Part shown: positions 9,202-19,587 of the stretch, piece by piece
Numbering within the stretch: the first letter of the stretch is position 1
How the letters are laid out: the number at the start of each line of letters is the position of its first letter
Assembly: GCA_963667665.2 (NCBI GenBank)
Contig: OY763927.2
Location: 1,536,001-1,600,000, forward strand
From: Nitrosopumilus sp.
GTDB lineage: Archaea > Thermoproteota > Nitrososphaeria > Nitrososphaerales > Nitrosopumilaceae
DNA length: 64,000 bases
Direction of reading: 5' to 3'
Translations under genes and position numbers: made by a program
Notes under the pieces: model-generated
Told to the model about the DNA's origin: nothing
Seen by the model: the letters and a program-made list of their open reading frames with translations, nothing else
Database searches by the model: none

Positions 9202-10923
9202 ATGGGTATGCAAGCCACTTCTAAGGGCACTATGCCAGTTGTATTGCTAAAAGAAGGCGGTACAGAAACTAAAGGCAGAGATGCACAAAAGAATAACATT
9301 GCTGCATGCAAAATTATTGCTGAGATTGTTCAAACCAGCCTAGGTCCACGAGGCATGGATAAAATGCTAGTTGACTCTTTAGGAGATGTTACTATTACTA
9401 ATGATGGTGCAACCATTCTAAAAGAAATTGATGTTCAACATCCAGCTGCAAAAATGCTAGTTGAAATTTCTAAAACTACTGACAATGAAGTAGGAGATGG
9501 TACAACTTCAGTCGTTGTGTTGGCAGGTGCTTTACTTGATAACGCTGAATTATTAATTGATCAAGATGTTCATCCAACAATTATTGTTGATGGTTATAGA
9601 AAAGCTGCAAAAAAGGCAAAACAGTTTCTTGAAAGTATTTCTGATAAAGTATCTGCAAATGACAAAAACATTCTAACCAAAATTGCAAAAACCTCAATGC
9701 AAACTAAACTTGTTAGAAAAGATTCTGATCAACTTGCAGAAATTGTTGTAAAGTCTATCCTTGCTGTTTCAGAAAAAAATGGTGAAACTTACAATGTTGA
9801 TATTGATGATATTAAAGTAGAAAAGAAGGCTGGTGGTTCTATCAAAGATATGATGATTATTCAGGGTATTGTTCTTGACAAAGAAATTGTTAATGGAGGA
9901 ATGCCTACTAGAATTACTGAAGCTAAAATTGCATTAATTAATACCGCATTAGAAATTAGTAAAACTGAAACTGATGCAAAAATTAACATTTCAAATCCTC
10001 AACAACTTAAAGCATTTCTAGATGAAGAAAACAGAATGCTCAAGACAATGGTTGACAAAGTCATTGGCTCTGGGGCAAATGTGGTTTTATGTCAAAAAGG
10101 TATTGATGATATGGCACAACATTATCTAGCAAAATCTGGAATCATTGCAGTTAGAAGAATTAAAGAAAGTGATCTTGAAAAACTTTCAAGAGCAACAGGT
10201 GCCAGAATAGTTACAAACCTTGATGATCTTTTTGAAAAAGATCTAGGCAATGCAGATCTAGTTGAAGAAAGAAAAATTGAAGAAGACAAATGGGTATTTG
10301 TTGAAGGCTGCAAACATCCAAAATCAGTTACCTTACTTCTTCGTGGAGGCTCACAAAGAGTAGTTGATGAAGTTGAACGATCTGTTCATGACGCACTAAT
10401 GGTTGTAAAAGATGTAATGGAAAATCCTTCAATTGTTGCAGGTGGTGGAGCTCCTGAAACATTTGCTGCAACTAAAATAAGAAGTTGGGCAAAATCTTTG
10501 GAAGGAAGAGAACAATTAGCTGCTGAAAAATTTGCTGATGCTTTAGAATCAATTCCATTAATACTTTCAGAAAATGCTGGAATGGATCCAATTGATACGA
10601 TGACATATCTTCGTTCTAGACAACAGAAAGGAGAGAAATGGACGGGAATTGATGTTATGAAAGGAAAGATTGCTAATATGAAATCAAGTGATATTATTGA
10701 ACCACTCACAGTTAAACTTCAAATTGTATCTGCAGCATCAGAAGCTGCCTGTATGATTCTTAGAATTGATGATGTAATTGCTACCCAAAAATCTGCAGGT
10801 GGTCCACCTGGAGGAGGAGAAGGAGGAATGCCACCTGGAATGGGTGGAGGAATGCCACCTGGAATGGGTGGAGGAATGCCACCTGGAATGGGTGGAATGC
10901 CTGACATGGGCGGAATGATGTAA
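9202..10923 (+). CDS. ths: Thermosome (group II chaperonin) subunit
   Basis: [23 protein letters not shown]; GGM-rich tail. Confidence 0.98.
   Translation: MGMQATSKGTMPVVLLKEGGTETKGRDAQKNNIAACKIIAEIVQTSLGPRGMDKMLVDSLGDVTITNDGATILKEIDVQHPAAKMLVEISKTTDNEVGDGTTSVVVLAGALLDNAELLIDQDVHPTIIVDGYRKAAKKAKQFLESISDKVSANDKNILTKIAKTSMQTKLVRKDSDQLAEIVVKSILAVSEKNGETYNVDIDDIKVEKKAGGSIKDMMIIQGIVLDKEIVNGGMPTRITEAKIALINTALEISKTETDAKINISNPQQLKAFLDEENRMLKTMVDKVIGSGANVVLCQKGIDDMAQHYLAKSGIIAVRRIKESDLEKLSRATGARIVTNLDDLFEKDLGNADLVEERKIEEDKWVFVEGCKHPKSVTLLLRGGSQRVVDEVERSVHDALMVVKDVMENPSIVAGGGAPETFAATKIRSWAKSLEGREQLAAEKFADALESIPLILSENAGMDPIDTMTYLRSRQQKGEKWTGIDVMKGKIANMKSSDIIEPLTVKLQIVSAASEAACMILRIDDVIATQKSAGGPPGGGEGGMPPGMGGGMPPGMGGGMPPGMGGMPDMGGMM
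10822..10893 (+). repeat. 24-bp coding tandem repeat x3 (GGMPPGMG) in thermosome tail
   Basis: GGAGGAATGCCACCTGGAATGGGT three exact copies. Confidence 0.9.
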
Positions 10924-10979
10924 ATCATTTTGAAAAATTTTTTAAAAAGTTTATTTGATTATTACATTCATGAACAACA

Positions 10980-11258
10980 TTGAATAAAACATCGTCCAAA
11001 GTTCTTACTAGTTTTAAGTACATTTACCTAGTTGCATTTTTTACATTACTTGCTGGATTCTTTCACCCACTAATTACTAACACAAGTTATGATGGTGTAA
11101 TCATTGGCGTTTTGGTATTGTTTATGGGTCTTGCTGGGGGAGTTTTATTGTATAGAGCAGCTACGTCTGAAAAGTGGCGAGGAATATTTCTAGGAGGGGG
11201 ATTTACACTGATGGCAATTTCATTATACTATATCTTTCAGCTTACTGGAAGAGCCTAA
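10980..11258 (+). CDS. Small membrane protein
   Basis: 92 aa with three hydrophobic segments. Confidence 0.7.
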   Translation: MNKTSSKVLTSFKYIYLVAFFTLLAGFFHPLITNTSYDGVIIGVLVLFMGLAGGVLLYRAATSEKWRGIFLGGGFTLMAISLYYIFQLTGRA

Positions 11259-12715
11259 ACATCAAAGTACAGATAAAATTCATGTGGATGTGGTCTAATG
11301 GCAATTTCACGTTGATCTCTTCTTTCTAATTCTATTATCTTGTCAATAACATCATTAGTGTAAATTGGATTAAGGAATTTTCTATCACTCTCTAACTCAT
11401 CTAATGCTTCACCAAGACTTTTTGGTAGAACGCCAATACCTCTTTTAGCTCTGTCTGATCTAGTCATCTTGAAGATATCATCACGTACTTGGTCTCCAGG
11501 ATCCATCTTCTTTTTGATTCCATCCATTCCCGCAGATGCCACTGCAGCAAATACAAGATATGGATTTGATGAAGGATCAGGTGCTCGAAACTCTAGTCTT
11601 TTTAGATCAGCATAGTCTTTTCCTTTGAGATGTTTTGGAACTCTGACTATCGCAGAACGATTTCCTGAGCTCCATGCAATGTATGCTGGAGCCTCATATC
11701 CCGGTACAAGTCTATGGTATGAATTAGTAGTAGGATTACAAATTGCTGATAGTGCTTTTGCATGATTAATAATTCCTCCACAAAAGTATCTACCAGTTTG
11801 ACTTAATTCAATCTCATCATCTGGATCATAAAACATGTTTTCTTTTCCTTTCCATAAACTAACATTAACATGCATTCCAGAACCTGAATCCATTGCAATT
11901 GGTTTTGGCATCATTGTTGCAACCTTTCCAAATTTCTGTGCAATATTTTTTACAACATACTTGTAGGATTGCGCAGCATCTGCAGCATTTGTTAAGAGAT
12001 CATATCTGATATCAATTTCACATTGTCCTGCAGTTGCAACTTCATGATGATGATTATCACATAATATTCCAAAATCTTTGTTCAAAATATTTACACATTC
12101 GTTTCTGTATGGTGTAAGAGTATCTGATGGTGTACTAGGATAGTATCCTTCTTGTAATCCCATTGGGTATCCATCTCCGTCTTGACTCCATGGAGCTTCT
12201 TTTGATTCAATTGAATATGACTGTCCTTTGTATGGTGTTAGAACATCCCAATGTACCTTATCAAAAGCAAAGAATTCTACCTCTGGACCCCATGTACTAA
12301 AATCAAATCCCTGTGTTTTGATATATTCTTCAGCTTTTTGAGCAATTCCTCGAGGATCTCTTGATAATCTTCCTCTATTTTCTCCCCAATAAACATCACA
12401 AAGAAGTCTAGCTGTTTTATTTTCAGTCATCCAAGGAATTATTGCAAATGTATTTGGATCTGGCTTGAGAAGTAGATCTGAATCATCAATACTAGTAAAA
12501 CCAACAATTGACGAACCATCCAATTTAGGTAATCCATCTTTCATTTGTTGAGGTGTAAACAAGTTAGCTGAAATGGTAGTATGATGAAAATGACCTGTAA
12601 GACCTGTGAATTGTAGATCAATAAACTGAATTTCTTCATGTTGAATCCTAGCGAAAACTTCATCAGGCGAATAAGTTATTGAGATTACTTTACCGTGACT
12701 AACTTTATAGGGCAA
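11255..12715 (-). CDS. glnA: Glutamine synthetase type I
   Basis: DGSSI, GPEVEFF, HHEVATAGQCEI, MPKP...GSGMH, RLEFRAPDP; TTG start at 12715 likely (track extends to 12745). Confidence 0.97.
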   Translation of the reverse strand: MPYKVSHGKVISITYSPDEVFARIQHEEIQFIDLQFTGLTGHFHHTTISANLFTPQQMKDGLPKLDGSSIVGFTSIDDSDLLLKPDPNTFAIIPWMTENKTARLLCDVYWGENRGRLSRDPRGIAQKAEEYIKTQGFDFSTWGPEVEFFAFDKVHWDVLTPYKGQSYSIESKEAPWSQDGDGYPMGLQEGYYPSTPSDTLTPYRNECVNILNKDFGILCDNHHHEVATAGQCEIDIRYDLLTNAADAAQSYKYVVKNIAQKFGKVATMMPKPIAMDSGSGMHVNVSLWKGKENMFYDPDDEIELSQTGRYFCGGIINHAKALSAICNPTTNSYHRLVPGYEAPAYIAWSSGNRSAIVRVPKHLKGKDYADLKRLEFRAPDPSSNPYLVFAAVASAGMDGIKKKMDPGDQVRDDIFKMTRSDRAKRGIGVLPKSLGEALDELESDRKFLNPIYTNDVIDKIIELERRDQREIAIRPHPHEFYLYFDV

Positions 12716-12770
12716 TTTTTTTACTTCAATCAAACACAAATACACCCAGCATTTAAGGATTAGGTAAGAA

Positions 12771-13328
12771 ATGTCTGAATCAAATCAAATCGACATCAAC
12801 TCTTTACATCAAACAGTTTTGCTAGAAACTGAAAATGATTCTATATTAGAAATCGATCAAAACTTTTACAGGAATCTTTCTGACTTTATAGGAAATTTAA
12901 GAAAACAAGAATTTGATGGTGTAGAAAGTAAAATCAAAGATGCATTGATAGAAATGGCAACTGAATTAACATCATTACTAATACATATCAGATTAGAAAA
13001 AATTACTCAATCAAAAGACATCCAATTTGGAAATCTTTTAGATGAAGAAAAATTCATTTTGGATTCACAAGAGGAACAAAGAGAAAGGATTGAAATGATT
13101 CTTTCTGCTACAATTAACGGAAAATCAAAATTCCTTGAATCATTAGCTCAAAATCACAAAACAAAGAAAATCGTCATTAGATTTCTTAAAGAAGTAGAAG
13201 AAATTGTGGGTGCTGACCTTGAAAAATATGGTCCTTTCAAAACTGAAGATATTGCTACTATTCCATATGAAAATGCTCAGGCCTTAATTGCTAAAAATGC
13301 TGCAACTAAAATCCGTTGGGATGATTAG
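12771..13328 (+). CDS. GINS complex subunit (Gins51/Gins15 type)
   Basis: Helical A domain then C-terminal B domain IVGADLEKYGPFKTEDIATIPYENAQALI. Confidence 0.85.
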   Translation: MSESNQIDINSLHQTVLLETENDSILEIDQNFYRNLSDFIGNLRKQEFDGVESKIKDALIEMATELTSLLIHIRLEKITQSKDIQFGNLLDEEKFILDSQEEQRERIEMILSATINGKSKFLESLAQNHKTKKIVIRFLKEVEEIVGADLEKYGPFKTEDIATIPYENAQALIAKNAATKIRWDD

Positions 13329-13361
13329 ATAAAAATTATACCTGTTTTATTTTCATATTAA

Positions 13362-13646
13362 ATGTCTCATACAGGCGTAGAAGTATTCGATTTTTTATTA
13401 TTTTCAATTTATCCAGTAATTGGAATCTTTGCTATTGAAGCTATAAGCCGATTAATCAAAGCCCCAAAATGGATTAAACTGTGGGTACAAGCAGCTGTAT
13501 CAATTGGTTTTGGAGTTTACTATTGGTTTATTTTGCCTGCACCACAAAATTTCCCATTAACTGCAATGGTAATGTTTGCACTTGCTATTGCTTTAATTTA
13601 TCAAGGTAGACGCGCAAAAATTTCTCCTGAAAAAAGTCCGTACTAA
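13362..13646 (+). CDS. Small membrane protein
   Basis: 94 aa with three hydrophobic helices. Confidence 0.7.
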   Translation: MSHTGVEVFDFLLFSIYPVIGIFAIEAISRLIKAPKWIKLWVQAAVSIGFGVYYWFILPAPQNFPLTAMVMFALAIALIYQGRRAKISPEKSPY

Positions 13647-13885
13647 TCTTTAAATCTACTGAATATTCTTTTGAAAATATTTGGTTTGTCTCTACCACCA
13701 TCTCGTATCACTTTTTTCTCACCAAATCTTCTTGCTCTAATTTGGGTTAGCTTTACACATCTATGTTCTTCAGGTAATCTATGTTCAGCACAAAATGGAT
13801 CCTTGCAATAATTACAATGAAATGGCATATCTGTTAAATCACCACAATAAGCACATTTCTCAGACTCCATAACTTGGTTAGTCAT
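13643..13885 (-). CDS. AN1-type zinc finger protein
   Basis: CAYC...PFHCNYCKDPFCAEHRLPEEHRC. Confidence 0.9.
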   Translation of the reverse strand: MTNQVMESEKCAYCGDLTDMPFHCNYCKDPFCAEHRLPEEHRCVKLTQIRARRFGEKKVIRDGGRDKPNIFKRIFSRFKD

Positions 13886-13971
13886 TTTTTATTTAATAAA
13901 GGTGGCAGTACTTTTTTTCTAAAATGATTTAGTCTAAACGTTTTTACGATGATGGAATTGGATTAAATTAA

Positions 13972-14712
13972 ATGATTAAAGACAAAGTTGCAATAATTAC
14001 AGGAGCAAGCAGTGGTATTGGATTTGTAACTGCCTTGACATTATCAAAAGCAGGAGCTAAAGTTGCTATTGGCGCAAGACGAGTCGACAAACTAGAAGCA
14101 CTTGCAAAACAAATTACTGATAATGGTGGAGAAGTATTTTATCAAAAATTAGATGTTACACAAAGAGAAGAGTGTGATAATTTTGCAAAAGCAGTTTTAG
14201 AAAAATGGGGATCCATTGACATTCTTGTAAATAATGCAGGTTTGATGCCTCTAAGTTTCTTCAAAAGCCTCAAGGTAGATGAATGGGATAGAATGATTGA
14301 TGTGAATATCAAAGGCGTACTATATTCTACAGCCTCAGTAATTTTGCATATGAAAGAAAAAAAATCTGGACATATTGTAAATCTATCATCTGTTGCTGGA
14401 AGAATTGTTTTTCCAGCTGGTAGTGTTTATTGTGCAACAAAACATGCAATTGCAGCATTTAGTGAAGGATTAAGACAAGAATTTAGTGTACGTTCTAACA
14501 TTAGAGTAACTTCAATTGAACCTGGAGTCGTAGATACAGAACTTAATGATACTATTACTGATGAATCTTTGCAGGGATTTGTAGAGAATACAAAAAAGAT
14601 GAAAGCATTACATGCAGAAGATATTGCAAACGCAATTTTGTATGCAGTTGAATCTCCATCTCATGTTAATGTTAATGAAATTTTGATAAGACCAACAACA
14701 CAAGAACGTTAA
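13972..14712 (+). CDS. Short-chain dehydrogenase/reductase
   Basis: TGASSGIG, NNAG, YCATK. Confidence 0.95.
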   Translation: MIKDKVAIITGASSGIGFVTALTLSKAGAKVAIGARRVDKLEALAKQITDNGGEVFYQKLDVTQREECDNFAKAVLEKWGSIDILVNNAGLMPLSFFKSLKVDEWDRMIDVNIKGVLYSTASVILHMKEKKSGHIVNLSSVAGRIVFPAGSVYCATKHAIAAFSEGLRQEFSVRSNIRVTSIEPGVVDTELNDTITDESLQGFVENTKKMKALHAEDIANAILYAVESPSHVNVNEILIRPTTQER

Positions 14713-14731
14713 GTTAACAAATTCTAAATGA

Positions 14732-14947
14732 TTATATTTTTTCCTCCTTGTCTTTATCTTTTGATAGATGTTCTAGGATAGCTCTTACTTCAACACCAAG
14801 CTTTTGTGTGTCTATTGATAGATTTAATTTTTCAGGAATTTTATTTTTAAAATCTTCATTTTCCATTTCGATACTTCTTTTTTGAATACAATCTAAATGA
14901 TCTTGATCAGTAGCAGAAATTTTATGACAAATGTTACAAATCTTCAT
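14732..14947 (-). CDS. Hypothetical protein with CxxC...HxxC
   Basis: 71 aa; MKICNICHK...DHLDC. Confidence 0.6.
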   Translation of the reverse strand: MKICNICHKISATDQDHLDCIQKRSIEMENEDFKNKIPEKLNLSIDTQKLGVEVRAILEHLSKDKDKEEKI

Positions 14948-15002
14948 TATTTTTATTAATCAATACGACGATTTAATAATTCATTTTGTGCCTGTGATAC
15001 AA

Positions 15003-15076
15003 GGGATCGTAGTCTAGCTTGGTATGATACTAGTCTGGGGGACTAGTGATCGCAGGTTCAAATCCTGCCGGTCCCA
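15003..15076 (+). tRNA. tRNA-Pro(GGG)
   Basis: Acceptor GGGATCG/CGGTCCC-A, anticodon arm CTAGT-CTGGGGG-ACTAG, T-arm GCAGG-TTCAAAT-CCTGC. Confidence 0.95.
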
Positions 15077-15838
15077 TTATAATTTTAGAATTTTCAATAG
15101 TTTTTCAAAATTTTCTTGTGTCTTTTCTTGTTTGTATAGTTTTAAGATCTCAATAATTTTTTCTTTAGGCGAATTTTTGTAAATTTTTTGAGTTTTTTTT
15201 GCAATCCCTGATCCAATAAAAATTGCTTGAGTAACTGATGTAACATTTGATGATCTTCTTTTAGTGCTAGAACTTTCAAAATCAATTAAGGTGGATTTTG
15301 TTTTTCCTACAATGACATGTTTTGAAACATTGCTTAATTCACCGTGATCTAAATTTATTTGATCTAATCTATAACAGTCTTCTAAAACATTTTTGATTGT
15401 GGATTTTAATTTCTTTGTACTACCTATTCCTTTTAACACATTTACCCATTTTCTAATATCAATCCCTTCAAGATATTCCATAACTAAGAAATTTTTGCTC
15501 ACAACAAACATTTTCGGTCCAACATTTACTGAATTTGCTAATTTTAGTAAAATTGCTTCATTTTTCATTTCATTTCTTTGTGAATCGGTTCGTCTAATTT
15601 TTAATGCAACTTGTTTACTACCTTTTTTTGCTAGAACTACAACTCCGACATACCCTTTCCCTAAGACTGCTAAATTTCCAAGTGTAGTAGAACCTGTAAA
15701 TGAAATTGATTTTATTTTTAATTTCTCTAATTCATTAATTCTTGATTTAATTTGACGACTGGTTGCTCTTGGATATCCTAAAATATTTGAGTATGGCTCA
15801 TCCACAAATTTTTTAATTGAAATGAAGGAGTGTACCAT
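15077..15838 (-). CDS. Atypical Ser/Thr protein kinase (RIO-like)
   Basis: LGKGYVGVV, VALKIRR, HGELS, LIDFES. Confidence 0.85.
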   Translation of the reverse strand: MVHSFISIKKFVDEPYSNILGYPRATSRQIKSRINELEKLKIKSISFTGSTTLGNLAVLGKGYVGVVVLAKKGSKQVALKIRRTDSQRNEMKNEAILLKLANSVNVGPKMFVVSKNFLVMEYLEGIDIRKWVNVLKGIGSTKKLKSTIKNVLEDCYRLDQINLDHGELSNVSKHVIVGKTKSTLIDFESSSTKRRSSNVTSVTQAIFIGSGIAKKTQKIYKNSPKEKIIEILKLYKQEKTQENFEKLLKILKL

Positions 15839-17144
15839 CTGTTGAAATCAACTCACTTGCAGCCTCTTTAATTGATTTGCTTAAATTTTTACTTCCTATT
15901 GAAACCTCGAAACCTCGTTTGAAATCACTTTGAAGACCTTTTGGTATGTCTGTTCGAAGATTCTTTTTCAAAAACTCTATCATAAATTTGACTGCTTCAG
16001 TATGTTTTCTTTTTTCTAATGAAATTATTTTTTTATTTTTTCCGATCCACATCAATTCTGTATTTGCAAGATTTTTTGAAATAAAACTATTTGAACTATT
16101 TTCTCTAAAATATTCTGGTCCATTTTTTTGATACATTTTTGAAATTTTTGTAGATTCTAACAAGAAAAAGAGATAGGCTTCTTTTTGTTGATCTGTATGA
16201 GGTTTACTTCTTAGTACGTCAAATCCTCCTAATTCTAATTGAGTAGACAATGATGAAGTGGCTCTTTTAATTTGTCCCCATATTATATCTGAGCTTCTAA
16301 TTTTAAAGTCAAATTTTATCACCAACAAATTTTCCCAATGTTTTTTTGAAATTATTGATTTTTTATCCTTGAAGAATCCTATTGTAGATTTTTCTTTAAA
16401 TGTTCTAGAAACAAGAATGAATTTTCCAAGATTTTCATCAGATATTGCAGCAGCTAAGTTTCTATCATCATCAATTGGATCTATAATCACTATTGATGTT
16501 CCAAATTTCTTTGAAGTCTTTCCAATAATTTGATTTTCTTTAATTCCTGATATTGATTTGATTACATTTTCAAAACTTCCAAAATTTAAGATTAAAACTT
16601 CTGAAACATATCCACTAAATCCTTGCTTTGCAATTTCAGCTCCATAAATTTTGTTTGACTTGAAAAATGTTTTTAAAATTCTAACATCGTTTCTCATTTT
16701 GGATGTTAGTGATTTTTTCATAAATTTTGTATGAAATGGAGATCTATCAGCAGCACTTTTCCACTCTCCAATTTTTACATCATAAAATGGTACAACATTG
16801 ATCTTAGTATTCTTTATTTTAGCCTCAACATATGGATGCTCAGAATATCTAACATATGGAGAATATTTTCTCAATGATTGAAAACCAATTTTTTTTGAGA
16901 TCTTTTCAAATTTTTCTTCTGATGTTGATTTCTTGAATCTGATAAAAATATCTATATCTGCATCTTTTGATAACCAAGTACCTTTTGCATATGAACCACC
17001 AAATTCCAATCCTGTAACTTGTGAAAATTTCTTAGTTTCTTTTTCAATTAAGTTAAATGCTAATTCAGCAATTTGTTTTTTTGACTTCTCTGTTATTTTT
17101 GATGGAATGACAAATTTAGAAATTTTAGAAATAATTTGTTTCAT
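15813..17144 (-). CDS. cca: CCA-adding enzyme (class I)
   Basis: GGSYAKGTWLSKDADIDIF, YSEHPYV, SAADRSPFHT. Confidence 0.96.
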   Translation of the reverse strand: MKQIISKISKFVIPSKITEKSKKQIAELAFNLIEKETKKFSQVTGLEFGGSYAKGTWLSKDADIDIFIRFKKSTSEEKFEKISKKIGFQSLRKYSPYVRYSEHPYVEAKIKNTKINVVPFYDVKIGEWKSAADRSPFHTKFMKKSLTSKMRNDVRILKTFFKSNKIYGAEIAKQGFSGYVSEVLILNFGSFENVIKSISGIKENQIIGKTSKKFGTSIVIIDPIDDDRNLAAAISDENLGKFILVSRTFKEKSTIGFFKDKKSIISKKHWENLLVIKFDFKIRSSDIIWGQIKRATSSLSTQLELGGFDVLRSKPHTDQQKEAYLFFLLESTKISKMYQKNGPEYFRENSSNSFISKNLANTELMWIGKNKKIISLEKRKHTEAVKFMIEFLKKNLRTDIPKGLQSDFKRGFEVSIGSKNLSKSIKEAASELISTDGTLLHFN

Positions 17145-17683
17145 TTTACTGCTTTAATCTCCTCTAAATCAGAATAGATTGGTCCTTTTGATGTAAGTTC
17201 ACTTTTTTTCAATTTGATACTAGTTACTTCTTGTATTCCAAAATCTATCATTTTTTGACTATCCAATTCTTTTGTTATATTTCCTACCTTCTTTTTAATT
17301 CTAAATACTGTGATATGAGGTTTGAATGGCTTGTCTGAAAAAAATCCCAAAGGTTCTAACACTTTTTCAACTTTTTTTGATAACTGAATTAGCATGTTTC
17401 CTCCATTATCATCTGTTCCTATCCAAATTACTCTTGGAAATTTAGGTTTAGGAAATGCACCAGTTCCTTTCAAGTTTACACTAAAACTTGAAAATTCAAT
17501 TTTACGAAGAGCTTGGATGATTTTTTGTAAGATCTCTTCTGATACTTCACCTAAAAATTGTAATGTAAAATGAAAATTCCTTGATTCCACGGGTTTAGCA
17601 TCAATGTTAATTTTGGTTTGAAATTTTTTTATGGAATTGATTATATCATTATTTGAGATTTCAATTGCTACAAAAGTTCGCAT
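17141..17683 (-). CDS. thpR: RNA 2',3'-cyclic phosphodiesterase / 2'-5' RNA ligase (2H family)
   Basis: Two HxT motifs: HFTLQFLG and FKPHITV. Confidence 0.92.
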   Translation of the reverse strand: MRTFVAIEISNNDIINSIKKFQTKINIDAKPVESRNFHFTLQFLGEVSEEILQKIIQALRKIEFSSFSVNLKGTGAFPKPKFPRVIWIGTDDNGGNMLIQLSKKVEKVLEPLGFFSDKPFKPHITVFRIKKKVGNITKELDSQKMIDFGIQEVTSIKLKKSELTSKGPIYSDLEEIKAVK

Positions 17684-17755
17684 TATAACATTTTTTGAAG
17701 TATCTTTATAATAATTTCCGGTAGCTTCATAGACGAGACTCTTTTTTGTTAAGTA

Positions 17756-18301
17756 TTGACAAAACTAATTGTATGCTTAACAGGCATGCCAGGTGCTGGT
17801 AAATCCACTATTGCTGAAGGATTGAAACTAAAAGGATATGATATTATCAATATGGGAAATGCTGTCAGAGAAGAAGCAAAAACAAGAAACTTAGAATCAA
17901 CTGGTCCAAATCTTGGAAAATTAATGCTTGAGCTTAGAGAAAAAAATGGTCCTGGTGCAATAGCAGAATTGATTAAACCACAAATAGAATCCTCTACTGC
18001 AAGTGTGATTCTAATTGATGGAGTTAGGTCTACTGATGAAATACAGGTACTTAGAAAACTTGGTAGTGTAAAACTTCTTGCAATTCATGCATCAACTGAT
18101 ACTAGATTTGATTTTTTACAAAAAAGAGGAAGATCAGATGATCCTCAAACAAAAGACAACTTTGAAGAAAGAGACAATCGTGAATTAGGGGTTGGACTTA
18201 GTAAACCAATTGCATTATCTGATTATGCAATATCAAACATTGGTTTAACGAAAGACCAGTTAATAGAAACTGCCTTTAAAATCATTCAAAGTTGGATATA
18301 A
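17756..18301 (+). CDS. P-loop nucleotide kinase (dephospho-CoA kinase-like)
   Basis: GMPGAGKST, IDGVRS, RGRSDDP. Confidence 0.85.
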   Translation: MTKLIVCLTGMPGAGKSTIAEGLKLKGYDIINMGNAVREEAKTRNLESTGPNLGKLMLELREKNGPGAIAELIKPQIESSTASVILIDGVRSTDEIQVLRKLGSVKLLAIHASTDTRFDFLQKRGRSDDPQTKDNFEERDNRELGVGLSKPIALSDYAISNIGLTKDQLIETAFKIIQSWI

Positions 18302-18708
18302 TGAAAATTCCAAGTGTTAGTTGCAAAATAGAAATGTTTTGTTCAGTAAATCCTTCTGAGGATCCAAAAAAAATCAAAAAAGCAATTTCAAATATTTTTA
18401 CAAACTCAACTATTAAAACTGAAACTTTTTCAATTAGTGCTCAATCTAAAAATCTAAAGTCTTTAGAAATAATTTATGAAACAATTCATACGAAACAATC
18501 TCAAAAAATCTATAGACGTAACCTTGAAAAAAATTTAGAAAATAATACTACTTGGTTTTATCTAAATAAACAAGCAGCTTTTGTTGAAAAAATAGCAATT
18601 TGTGAAGAAGCAAACGAATCCCCTCTAGGACCAATTAAAGTGATCCTGACTTCATCTAATATTGATAGAATTATTGATTGGTTTGTTTCTAGGTATGATG
18701 AAACTTAG
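18301..18708 (+). CDS. Putative RNA-binding protein (DUF54/UPF0201-like)
   Basis: NPSEDPKKIKKAISNIF, LNKQAAF...ESPLGPI. Confidence 0.8.
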   Translation: MKIPSVSCKIEMFCSVNPSEDPKKIKKAISNIFTNSTIKTETFSISAQSKNLKSLEIIYETIHTKQSQKIYRRNLEKNLENNTTWFYLNKQAAFVEKIAICEEANESPLGPIKVILTSSNIDRIIDWFVSRYDET

Positions 18709-18778
18709 CTAAGAAAATTCAATCATTGTTGAATATTTTTTTAGTTTGAATCTAAAATCCTTTTTTTAGAATTAGTAT

Positions 18779-19586
18779 TTGATGCTCATAAAATTAGGCA
18801 TAATAGCTGGAATTGTGATCTTGGGAGGCATGATATTCTCCACAGAAATTGGTAACATTTTTCCAACTACGTCAGCCACAGTATTTGATTCTTTAATTGA
18901 TGATGTAGCCAACTTTGGTTCAAAAGCTTCAGATTCTGTAGACCAAAGAATTGATGAATCAATTGATAAAATTGTGGATAAAACAAGTAGTTCCATAACT
19001 AATGAAATCAGTGGAGCTGGAGATAATATTGCTAATGAAATCTCTGAAGCAAAAAAATCATCTCAAAAAACCATTACTGAAGAAATTTCAAATTTTAATC
19101 CTATTGAAGCAATAACAAATATTTTCACAGGTACTTCTGGTTCACCTAGTACAACTTCACCTAGTACAACTTCACCTAGTACAACTTCACCTAGTACAAC
19201 TTCACCTAGTACAACTTCACCTAGTACAACTTCACCTAGTACAACTTCACCTAGTACAACTTCACCAATAACCTATGAGACATTATCTTTATCTACTAAA
19301 CAACAATCAGATGACAATATTCTTCTTCAATATTCTTCTTCAATATTCTGATTCAAGTGGTAAAACACAAAGTGTTAGTGTTGTGATTAGAACTGAACAA
19401 AAAGAAATTTTTTCTGGCACATTTTTCACTTCAATGTTTGAAACTACTGTAAATGATGCATCTGGAATTCCTTACTATGTAGACATGGTTGTTGAACATG
19501 AAGATTATGGTACAATCAATTCATCAGTGTTTAATTCTGGGGATGACTCTGACACAAAAATTAATGGTATATTTTCACAACCATAA
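18779..19586 (+). pseudogene. Membrane-anchored surface protein with (PSTTS)n linker, split by a 13-bp duplication
   Basis: ORFs 18779-19351 and 19275-19586 join into one 264-aa frame if one CAATATTCTTCTT copy (19315-19340) is removed. Confidence 0.75.
19141..19266 (+). repeat. 15-bp tandem repeat x8 (TTCACCTAGTACAAC) encoding Ser/Thr/Pro linker
   Basis: Eight exact head-to-tail copies 19141-19260 plus a partial copy. Confidence 0.98.
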
Positions 19587-19587
19587 T

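Noticed and set aside
10822-10920. GC-rich repeat as a novel element
   Set aside because: It is the well-known GGM-type tail of group II chaperonins
15003-15076. tRNA-Pro (also tRNA-Val and tRNA-Arg) as integration sites
   Set aside because: No duplicated 3' tRNA fragments or adjacent integrase near them
19141-19260. Repeat array as a CRISPR
   Set aside because: Head-to-tail 15-mers with no spacers, in frame within a gene; no cas genes in the window
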